Shown here: positions 15,201 to 23,321 of the stretch, one piece after another
Layout: each line of letters starts with the position of its first letter
Position numbering within the stretch: the first letter of the stretch is position 1
Source of the DNA: Lingula anatina
Lineage: Eukaryota; Animalia; Brachiopoda
Direction of reading: 5' to 3'
Length of the DNA stretch: 64,000 nucleotides
Assembly (NCBI GenBank): GCA_051362555.1
Contig: CM120640.1
Span: 61,234,788-61,298,787, forward strand
Position numbers and translations under genes: made by a program
Notes under the pieces: model-generated
Database searches by the model: none
Told to the model about the DNA's origin: nothing
The model's input: only the letters and a program-made list of their open reading frames with translations

Positions 15201-16144
15201 TATTTATAAAATGCAGGTCTAGTTCGAAAATCAGCATGATCAGGCCACATTATTGTAGAAGTTATGCCGTTTTTTCACTTTTCAGTATATATGCAACACT
15301 GTAAACACATTTCAAGGAAAACCGATAGGCCTGTTGTCATAAAACTCACAGGAGTTATTGATCTTACTAAAATGCAGGTCAAGTTCAAAAATTGGCATGA
15401 TCGGGCCACTATTTTAGTAGTTATGCTTTTTTTTTCACTTTTCAGCATATTTAAAATTTGATGTTGAATTTGCAGTTTAACATAATGTATTTTTGCATCA
15501 GAATTGACAGTTGCCTATTTTGTGCATAGTTATTTCCTGTTTTTTGTCTGTACATTTGACAGCTTTGCTGCCTTGTTTAATGAAAGTGTCATGTCACATT
15601 ACAGAATGCTAAAAACTGGGTGTCCAGTGACCAGCCATTAGATGCTGAAATGCCAAACTATGGGAGAAAAGATTGCCCCAGGGTATCTGCAGGTATGGTA
15701 AACAGTAGCCAAGAAAATGTTCCAGTCACTTAACTGTGTTAAGATACTGGAAAGACATTGTATAGGGAACAGAGAAATGAAGTAATTTGCACTATCATCC
15801 ATAGATTTTTTCCTGTGCTAGTTACTTGATAGAGATCACAATTTACAGCATTTGGAACAAAATACTTGTTTGTAAATATAATGAAACATATGCCTTTTTG
15901 AATGTTTCTCTCTCTGCCAAGGATATATATGTAAAACAATCCCATTTAATAATTTTAATTCTTCTAAAGATCTTACAATCTGTGCCTTCAAAGACATAAC
16001 AATCAACTCTCCTATTTCACTGCAGGCACTCAAAGACACGAGGAGACATCTTGGAACAGCATGAATTCTATTTTTAAATTCCTTGATGAAAAACTTCCAT
16101 CAACTGGCACAGGAACAAATGAGAAGGCAAAGACAGAGTTATAG
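248..16144 (+). CDS. FAM172A: FAM172A/ARB2A (Arb2-domain cotranscriptional regulator), 10 exons in window, first exon probably off-window
   Basis: Manually spliced GT-AG exons ~248-405, 1329-1400, 2051-2148, 3263-3325, 3655-3785, 4019-4160, 4385-4504, 4905-5021, 15605-15692, 16026-16144. Phases are consistent and give [81 protein letters not shown], ending KTEL*. Recognised as FAM172A family motifs. Confidence 0.93.
2735..3130 (-). mobile_element. Degenerate Penelope-like retroelement fragment (GIY-YIG endonuclease remnant) in FAM172A intron
   Basis: Minus-strand fragments [17 protein letters not shown] and [18 protein letters not shown]...PILN resemble the YIGET..R..EH / R...EA.I....LN pattern of Penelope GIY-YIG domains. 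Frameshifted. Confidence 0.7.
6190..7190. repeat. Diverged tandem duplication (two ~400-500 bp units) in a CpG-rich intronic segment
   Basis: Blocks ACGACCATTAATGA, GAGGTGAAGCT, TAATAAACCAYGAAGCACGTA, ACCGTTGGTAAGAGTAGC and TAATTAACGCAG occur in the same order at ~6190-6582 and ~6683-7187. Confidence 0.75.
9444..11754 (-). mobile_element. Non-autonomous Helentron-associated element (HINE/DINE-1-like), family 1, copy A
   Basis: 5' T-run plus palindrome TGTACAGACACAGATGTGTCTGTACA, GCC/GTC/GAT microsatellite, ~160-bp internal repeats, 3' subterminal inverted repeat TGTCTGTACA, short hairpin CAGCTTTGCTG and CTTGTT end. No TSD; T-rich site. Confidence 0.8.
12026..15578 (+). mobile_element. HINE family 1, copy B (three head modules)
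   Basis: Same termini as copy A. Head modules at ~12030, ~13465 and ~15050. Ends TTTGTCTGTACATTTGACAGCTTTGCTGCCTTGTT. Confidence 0.8.
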
Positions 16145-18336
16145 GAGAGCACCACTCAGGCAGATGGACAGTGATCATTCATGAAATGTTACAACTGCGT
16201 GTTTAATTTAAATACCAGTTTAAGAGCTTTTGGTTTATATACCATGTTTCAGTGCGAAATTGTAGATTTGTATTAAAACAAGGCAGCAAAGCTGTCAAAT
16301 GTACAGACAAAGAACAGAAAATAAAGATGCAAATAAGTGAAAAATTAAATTTTCACAAAAAACTGTTAAATTGCCAGAAAAATTTACCAAACAGACTGCA
16401 TTGCCTATTGAAGCTGTATGTTAGACCCATGTTTCTTTCCTGTAAGTTTGAGAACAGTAAGTGACATGATTTCCCTTAAATGGTCATCATAGGAGCAGTG
16501 CCCAAAATACGGGTTTCTTCAAATTTTAATGCAACATTACATAATGTTTAACAGCATAATGACAATCAAATGTTATTAATAAAATATTAGTAACATGGAC
16601 ATTCAGAAAATGTGACTAGCAAAGGTCTTCAGGCCCATGGAACTTCAAAGTCACATCTTGAAAATGCCAAAATGTAAACAAGACAGCACTGTTCTGAAAT
16701 GGGTTTATTTCCATTTTTAACACTTTTTTAACATAAAACAAAATAAACATTTTACTGCCATTTTTATATGACCAACTAAGAAAATTGATGAGATGGGAAA
16801 AGTAGAAATAGAACAGTGTTAAATGTCCAATTTCCTCCATTCTGAGATTCTGAACATAGTGGATGATTGAATCTGACAAACTGCAATGATATGAGTTTAT
16901 TTCCATTTTTGACACTTTATTACACAATACATGATAACAAGTTTACCATGTTTTTTACATAATCAACTAACAATGTTGTAAAGATGCAGGAAATATCAAA
17001 CAAACACTTTTAGGCATCTTATTAGTTAAATAATGAGACTGTTAACATGCCTAATAATTGAATCTGAGGAAATGTGAAAAAAAACAGTATAACTTCTAAA
17101 ATAATGGCCCGATTATGCTGATTTTCGAACTCAACCTGCGTTTTAGTAAGATTGACCACTCCTGTGAGTATAATTGCAATTGGCCAATCTGTTTTTATGT
17201 ACAGACACAGATGTGTCTGTACATATTGCCATCACCTGCGTCTGTCGTCGCCGATGCCGATGGCGATGCCGTCGCCGTGCACTTTCCTTGTAAACACGAT
17301 AAGTGGAAGGCAGTTTTACTTTTTGGCTTTATATTTACAGAGCTGATGAATATTCATAAAACGCAGGTCAAGTTCGAAAATCAGCATGATCGGGCCATTA
17401 TTGTAGAAGTTATGCTGTTTTTTCACTTTTCAGCATATTTTTCACATTTCCTCAGATTCAATTCTTAGGCATGTTAACAGTCTCATTATTAAACTGATAA
17501 GATACGTAAAAGTTTTTGTTTGACATTTCCTGCATCTTTACAACATTGTTAGTTGATTTTGTAAAAATGATGGTAAACTTGTTATCGTGTATTGTGTAAT
17601 AAAGTGTCAAAAATGGAAATAAACTCATATCATTGCAGTTTGTCAGATTCAATCATTCACTATGTTCAGAATCTCAGAATGGAAGAAATTGGACATTTAA
17701 CACTGCTTTATTGATATTTTTCCCATCTCATCAATTTTCTTAGTTGATCGTATAAAAATGGCAGTAAACTGTTAATTTTGTTTTATGTTAAAAATTGTTA
17801 AAAATGGAAAAAAAACATTTCAGAACAGTGCTGTCTTGTTTACATTTTGGCATTTTCAAGTTGTGACTTAGAGGTTCCATGGGCCTGAAGACCTTTGCTA
17901 GTCACATTTTCTGAATATCCATGATACTAATATTTTATTATTAAAAATTGATGGTCATTATGCTGTTAAACATTATGTAATATTGCATCAAAATTTGAAA
18001 AAAACCTATTTTGGGCACTGCTCCCATGATGACCATTTAAGAAAAACCATGTCACTAACTGTTCTCAAACAGTACAGTAAATATATATATAGATGTGTCT
18101 GTACATATTGCCATCACCTGCGTCTGTCGTCGCCGTCATCGGCGTCGCCGGTGCCGTGCACTTTCATTGTAAACACGATAAGTGGAAGGCAGTTTTACTT
18201 TTGGGCTTTATATTTACAGAGCTGATGAATATTCATAAAACGCAGGTCAAGTTCGAAAATCAGCATGATCGGGCCATTATTGTAGAAGTTATGCTTTTTT
18301 TTTCACTTTTCAGCATATATGCAACACTGTAAACAC

Positions 18337-18401
18337 ATTCTACCTCGTCTTCATTCACAACAGGGCTTACGTGAGATAGAACCGAGACCGCGCATGCTCA
18401 G
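18337..18401 (+). repeat. DIRS left inverted terminal repeat
   Basis: TTACGTGAGATAGAACCGAGACCGCGCATGCTCAG is the reverse complement of the start of the right ITR (from 23209). The outer part matches with mismatches. Confidence 0.92.
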
Positions 18402-18624
18402 TGAACTAGACTTCGTGCTCTCAGGTTGCACTACGTATTTTTTGCTCCGCGATTTTCCGTTAATTTCTCAGAATTGGTGTGTTTTTTCTTTATTATCGTT
18501 TGACTTTTGGAAGATTGGACACTTTATTACGTCGATTCGGTTGCTTTTACGCACTCTGGAGCGGTGTTTTGACTGGACTGCGTACATCTGATCGTTGGCT
18601 ACGGGCTCTCTGGCCATTGTCAAT

Positions 18625-19836
18625 ATGGCGGCCAAGGAGGCCAAGTCGTTGTTTGAGCAACTGACAGCGGTCATAAGCGGTCAGCCTAGTCAGGCGGTCC
18701 CCACAGGGGATGTAGCTACAGCAAGCTGTAGCAAAGCCGCACGCCCTGACGATAGATCCACCGGATCGAAATCGTCGGGGAAAGCTACGAGAGCCAGCAG
18801 TAAGTCGGCTACCCACAAGGAGGCGCCTACTCCTACTCCTAGCACTTCGTCGGTAACGGCTCGGGACATGGGGTCTCTCATGGACGATTTGAAAACTGAT
18901 CTAGCATCCAGTCTCACAGAGATGCAGACTGTGTTTTTCGATGCCCTCAAAGAGAGAGATGATCGTTTTGAGCGTTTACTTGCTCACCTTGAAGTGACCA
19001 CAGGTCATTCTACTTCTACATTGGGCCCCGGAAATGATCCACAGGATATTTCCGTGGGGGAAGCAGAGCCCACAGGGCAAAACAAAGCGGCCGATCATTT
19101 TTATGATGTAATCAGCGCTGAGCTGACTGGAGTCGACAGAGTGGGGCCAGCTGTATCTGAGCCGCTTGTGCAACTAATTACTGACATCTGCCAGGAACAA
19201 ATGCCTGAAGATAAGCTGACAGCTTTGCGCCACAAACACGAGAGGCCGGCCAACATCAAAGGATTAACCGCCCCGCGGGTTAACCCTGAGATTTGGACTG
19301 GACTGAATGCGTCTCAGAGGTCTACAGACCTCAGGTTGGCCAATATCCAGGATTGTGTTTTGAGGGGAATGACCCCCCTCATCCAGTTGTTAAACATACT
19401 GGATACTCAACGAGAGACTGTGGACCCCAAAGAGTTAGTTCAACTAGTCGGCGACAGCCTTCGTTTACTGTCCCAAGGCAACAATAGCCTTAATCAACAG
19501 AGGAGAGAAAATCTCAAATTTGCAATTGCGCCGGGGTATCGGCACCTGTGTTCTACCACGACGCCAGTTACGGAGTACCTCTTCGGGGACAATTTGCCTT
19601 CAGTGGTGAAATCTATCACCGAAGCTAACAACGCAAGTCTGCGCCTAAGCGGTGGGTTTCGTAACAGACGGGATTCTCCTTCACGTCGAGGTGGCTTAAG
19701 CGGTAGCGCCCCCTATCGTCTGCAACAGACTTCGGACAGGAGAGGGTCACCCTACTCTGACTTACGGCATTTAAACTACGGAGGAAGTGCGTATTCCGCA
19801 AGGAAAAAGGGGAGAGGGAAATCCAGCCGTCGGTGA
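18625..19836 (+). CDS. DIRS ORF1 Gag-like protein
   Basis: ~403 aa from ATG 18625 (ORF track starts at 18595). RPANI..L..PRVNPEIW, RRENLK and LFGD motifs with a basic R/G-rich C-terminus, typical of DIRS1 ORF1. First ORF after the left ITR. Confidence 0.88.
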   Translation: MAAKEAKSLFEQLTAVISGQPSQAVPTGDVATASCSKAARPDDRSTGSKSSGKATRASSKSATHKEAPTPTPSTSSVTARDMGSLMDDLKTDLASSLTEMQTVFFDALKERDDRFERLLAHLEVTTGHSTSTLGPGNDPQDISVGEAEPTGQNKAADHFYDVISAELTGVDRVGPAVSEPLVQLITDICQEQMPEDKLTALRHKHERPANIKGLTAPRVNPEIWTGLNASQRSTDLRLANIQDCVLRGMTPLIQLLNILDTQRETVDPKELVQLVGDSLRLLSQGNNSLNQQRRENLKFAIAPGYRHLCSTTTPVTEYLFGDNLPSVVKSITEANNASLRLSGGFRNRRDSPSRRGGLSGSAPYRLQQTSDRRGSPYSDLRHLNYGGSAYSARKKGRGKSSRR

Positions 19837-21983
19837 ATGTGGTGAGTAACGGTTTTCCCACCAACTCTGTTTCACACGTGCCGCCTAGCGTTTCCAAGAT
19901 GGCGGCCCCCATTGCTTGTTCTGATACTCACGTAAATGCAATCCTTACTGCTCAGCCACCATTCCATGCGAGCCAAATTAAAGAAGCGGTTCATGAATGG
20001 AAACATCTTACATCGGATAAAAGCATTTTACAAATGGTTCAGGGCATTATAATTCCATTTGAGGACGGTTGTGCTCCCCGGCAACTCTCTGTTCCTTCAG
20101 AAATTTGTTTTGATCAAAAGGAGATGAGTGTCATCGATGAATTGTTGAATAACTTTTTGGATAAAGACATTATCACTCCTGCCATTCACAGTGAAGGTGA
20201 ATTTCTGTCTAATATTTTTATCACACCAAAGACAGATGGCTCTTTTAGATTGATTTTAAATCTTAAACATTTGAATGAGTCAGTAGAATATGCACATTTT
20301 AAAATGGATTCACTTTACAGTGCGTTAGCCATGATGAAACCAGGTTGTTATATGGCTAGTGCGGATATTAAGGATGCTTACTATTCAGTACCTGTTCACG
20401 TAGACCATCAGAAATACCTTAGATTTACATGGAGGGGCAACCTTTTTCAATTTACCTGTATGCCTATGGGGTTAGCCTGTGCTCCTCGATTTTTTACTAA
20501 ATTACTTAAACCTGTGTATGCCTCATTACGGAATAAGGGACACCAGTCTGTTGGGTATATAGATGATTGTTACTTACAAGGGGATACTTTTGAGGACTGC
20601 ATGGATAATGTTAGAGAGACAGTGGGGCTTCTGTCTAGGCTGGGTTTCACCATTAATGTGGACAAGTCTGCCTTTATTCCCAAGCAAACAATTACCTTTT
20701 TAGGGTTCATCTTAGATTCCACTAACATGTCAGTTAGGTTAACTGAAAAGAAGGCACTTAAAATCCAGTTGGAATGTTCTCAACTGTTATGCAAAACTTA
20801 TGTTACTATCAGGGAGTTGGCGATAGTCATTGGTTTGTTAGTAGCCAGTCTCCCTGCAGTCAAATATGGGAAACTGTTTTATCGCTCCTTAGAGATGGCT
20901 AAAATTGAAGCTCTACGATCACATGGTGGGAATTTTGAAAGTAAAATTACTCTCCCTAGGTTAGCTAGGGCAGATTTGCAATGGTGGATAGAGAATGTTA
21001 CATTAGCTTCCAACCCTATTTCGCATGGAAACCCAACTATTATCATGCAAACGGATGCGTCTAAGTTAGGTTGGGGAGCCCAGTGTGCAGGGGTGTCCAC
21101 TGGGGGAAGGTGGAGCTTTGTTGAGACTATTCATCATATTAATTATCTAGAACTGTTTGCGGTGTTTCTAGGTTTAAAATCTCTCTGTTCCGAGTTTACT
21201 GATTGTCATATACAGGTACAGTCAGATAATACCACCTCAGTGTGTTACATTAATGAAATGGGTGGATGTAAATCAATTTTGTGCAACAGTTTAGCTAGAG
21301 AAATTGTTTTATGGTGCAAAGCTAGAAATATCTGGCTAACGGCAGCATATTTGCCAGGTTCACTTAACATTGTTGCTGACAGAGAATCTAGAGTGTTTCA
21401 TGATGACACTGAATGGATGTTGGACATAGATACTTATAGGAGGGTCACTGTGAAATTCGGAGAACCTGACATTGATTTGTTTGCTTCGCGTTTGAATTGT
21501 CAGTTACAACCATATGTGTCATGGAGACCTGACCCAGAAGCTCACTTCATCGATGCATTTAGCATAGGCTGGCACTCCTTTTACTTTTATGCTTTTCCTC
21601 CTTTCAGCTTGATAGCGAAATGCCTCCAGAAAATTGTTCAAGACAGGGCGACAGGGATACTGATAGTACCGTGTTGGAAGACACAGGTCTGGTTTCCAAA
21701 ACTGCTAACTCTATTGACAGCCAACCCTCTTTTGTTGCAAAAGAGGAAGAGGTTGCTGGTGCTTCCATACAGCCAAGCAAGTCATCCATTATGCAACAGT
21801 CTCAATCTACTTGCATGCCCCTTGTCAGGGATGCCCTCAAAGAGCAACAAATATCAGAACCGGCTATCAACATCATCCTACGATCATGGAGAGATTCATC
21901 GCATAAACAATATAGGACGTATCTCACAAAGTGGCAACTTTTCTGTTCTAAGAGGGAAATTAATTCCATTCGACCTCCCATAG
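19833..21983 (+). CDS. DIRS ORF2: reverse transcriptase - RNase H - Dam-like adenine methyltransferase domain
   Basis: RT: FRLILNLK, DIKDAYY, MPMGL, YIDD, FLG. RNase H: TDAS..GWGA, HINYLEL, SDNTT, N..AD.ESR. MT: DLFAS, DAF, YAFPPF. The frame is open from 19761. Confidence 0.96.
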   Translation: MNVVSNGFPTNSVSHVPPSVSKMAAPIACSDTHVNAILTAQPPFHASQIKEAVHEWKHLTSDKSILQMVQGIIIPFEDGCAPRQLSVPSEICFDQKEMSVIDELLNNFLDKDIITPAIHSEGEFLSNIFITPKTDGSFRLILNLKHLNESVEYAHFKMDSLYSALAMMKPGCYMASADIKDAYYSVPVHVDHQKYLRFTWRGNLFQFTCMPMGLACAPRFFTKLLKPVYASLRNKGHQSVGYIDDCYLQGDTFEDCMDNVRETVGLLSRLGFTINVDKSAFIPKQTITFLGFILDSTNMSVRLTEKKALKIQLECSQLLCKTYVTIRELAIVIGLLVASLPAVKYGKLFYRSLEMAKIEALRSHGGNFESKITLPRLARADLQWWIENVTLASNPISHGNPTIIMQTDASKLGWGAQCAGVSTGGRWSFVETIHHINYLELFAVFLGLKSLCSEFTDCHIQVQSDNTTSVCYINEMGGCKSILCNSLAREIVLWCKARNIWLTAAYLPGSLNIVADRESRVFHDDTEWMLDIDTYRRVTVKFGEPDIDLFASRLNCQLQPYVSWRPDPEAHFIDAFSIGWHSFYFYAFPPFSLIAKCLQKIVQDRATGILIVPCWKTQVWFPKLLTLLTANPLLLQKRKRLLVLPYSQASHPLCNSLNLLACPLSGMPSKSNKYQNRLSTSSYDHGEIHRINNIGRISQSGNFSVLRGKLIPFDLP

Positions 21984-22798
21984 GAGATGCCTTGGATTTT
22001 CTAGTGGAACTATTCCATTCCGGTCTTAGCTATAGTGCGTTGAATACAGCCAGATCTGCATTATCTGCGGTACTGATTATGGACTCTGGGATTCCTTTTG
22101 GGGCCATGCCTATTGTGAAACGCTTTATTAAAGCAGTTTACCAATCCAAACCTCCATCCCCTAGGTATCACTGCATTTGGGATGTTAAAGTGGTTCTAGA
22201 TTATTTGTGTACTCTACCTATTGTATCTAGATTGTCTCTGAAGGATCTCACACTAAAACTTATTGTTTTAATGGCTCTTACCTCTGCTCAACGGGGACAG
22301 ACTTTACACTTACTGAACACTGGTGACATGCATATTGGGAAAGCTTCGTATACATTTACTATTCATCAACACATTAAGCAAAGCAGGCCTGGGACTACCT
22401 TGCCTGCCATTAAATTTTCGACTTATCCTGTAAATAAAAAGTTGTGTGTGGTGAACTGTTTATCGGAATATTTACTAAGAACCCAATCTTTGAGAAAGGA
22501 AGGAGATAGACTTTTTATTAGCTATACAAAGCCTCATGGTGTTGTAGGGAGAGAAACCGTTAGTAGATGGATCAAAGTTATGCTAGCCAGAGCTGGAATA
22601 GATATTACTATTTTTAAGGCTCATAGTACTAGAGCAGCAGCTACTTCTGCAGCGTTTAGGGCAACGGTTCCCTTAGAAGACATTTTGAATAAAGCTGGAT
22701 GGTCCAATGCCAGTACTTTTGCTCGTTTTTATAACAAGCCTATAGTTAGTCAGAATTCGTTTAGTGATACCTTATTACGGTCAATCAATACTAAGTAA
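21620..22798 (+). CDS. DIRS ORF3 tyrosine recombinase
   Basis: Catalytic pattern R (SAQR), K (HIKQ), HSTR, W (AGWS), Y (FARFY). Overlaps ORF2 by ~364 nt. Confidence 0.96.
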   Translation: MPPENCSRQGDRDTDSTVLEDTGLVSKTANSIDSQPSFVAKEEEVAGASIQPSKSSIMQQSQSTCMPLVRDALKEQQISEPAINIILRSWRDSSHKQYRTYLTKWQLFCSKREINSIRPPIGDALDFLVELFHSGLSYSALNTARSALSAVLIMDSGIPFGAMPIVKRFIKAVYQSKPPSPRYHCIWDVKVVLDYLCTLPIVSRLSLKDLTLKLIVLMALTSAQRGQTLHLLNTGDMHIGKASYTFTIHQHIKQSRPGTTLPAIKFSTYPVNKKLCVVNCLSEYLLRTQSLRKEGDRLFISYTKPHGVVGRETVSRWIKVMLARAGIDITIFKAHSTRAAATSAAFRATVPLEDILNKAGWSNASTFARFYNKPIVSQNSFSDTLLRSINTK

Positions 22799-23028
22799 TT
22801 ATATTATGGTATATTAGACTTTGAGTATGTTTTTATTGTCATCCGTTCTAGACAGTAAAGGTCATAGAACATTGTTGCTCATGAGTATTGATTTTACCAT
22901 CTTCAACATATTATTGGTGGAGCACATATGTGTATCTTTTTCATGTTTCTAGACATATTACACTTTGTTTCATCTCCATTGGTTGTTTGTTTTTTGGGAA
23001 TTTGTGTGTGCTTGTCATGAACTTTAAA

Positions 23029-23150
23029 ATCTCACGTAAGCCCTGTTGTGAATGAAGACGAGGTAGAATTTTACAGTTAAACGAGACTTACCTGTAAGTT
23101 GAAGTTTGACTATGATTCTACCGAGTCTTCAGGAACAGAGGGTTTACGTG
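23029..23150. repeat. DIRS internal complementary region (ICR)
   Basis: The first part is complementary to the left end (18337-~18377). The second part is complementary to the right end (~23237-23320). They join at GTAGAATTTTACAG. Confidence 0.93.
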
Positions 23151-23208
23151 CCCTACCCTCCCTACCCAGTTACACAGTTTTTTCCTGACAACCACACACC
23201 TTTAAAAC

Positions 23209-23321
23209 CTGAGCATGCGCGGTCTCGGTTCTATCTCACGTAAACCCTCTGTTCCTGAAGACTCGGTAGAATCATAGTCAAACTTCAACTTACAGGTAAG
23301 TCTCGTTTAACTGTAAAATTC
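23209..23321 (-). repeat. DIRS right inverted terminal repeat with 3' extension
   Basis: Inverted copy of the left ITR followed by ~48 extra nt that are complementary to the ICR. Confidence 0.92.

Larger units (their letters stand above)
18337..23321 (+). mobile_element. Full-length DIRS1-type tyrosine-recombinase retrotransposon
   Basis: Three intact overlapping ORFs (gag, RT-RNaseH-MTase, YR). Imperfect inverted terminal repeats with a right-hand extension, plus an internal complementary region. ATTC at both junctions. Confidence 0.97.

Noticed and set aside
10283-15461. Repeated short ORFs ([13 protein letters not shown]..., MQHCKH...) that look like a small-protein family
   Set aside because: They are translations of HINE head and repeat modules, with variable frameshifts and stops between copies and no recognisable domain.
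18468-19912. Antisense and alternate-frame ORFs over DIRS gag
   Set aside because: Short shadow ORFs of a GC-richer coding region with no motifs.
21620-22798. Integrase plus methylase as a prophage or bacterial contamination
   Set aside because: It is linked to RT/RNase H with ITR and ICR structure, which is diagnostic of DIRS1, and is embedded cleanly in a host repeat.
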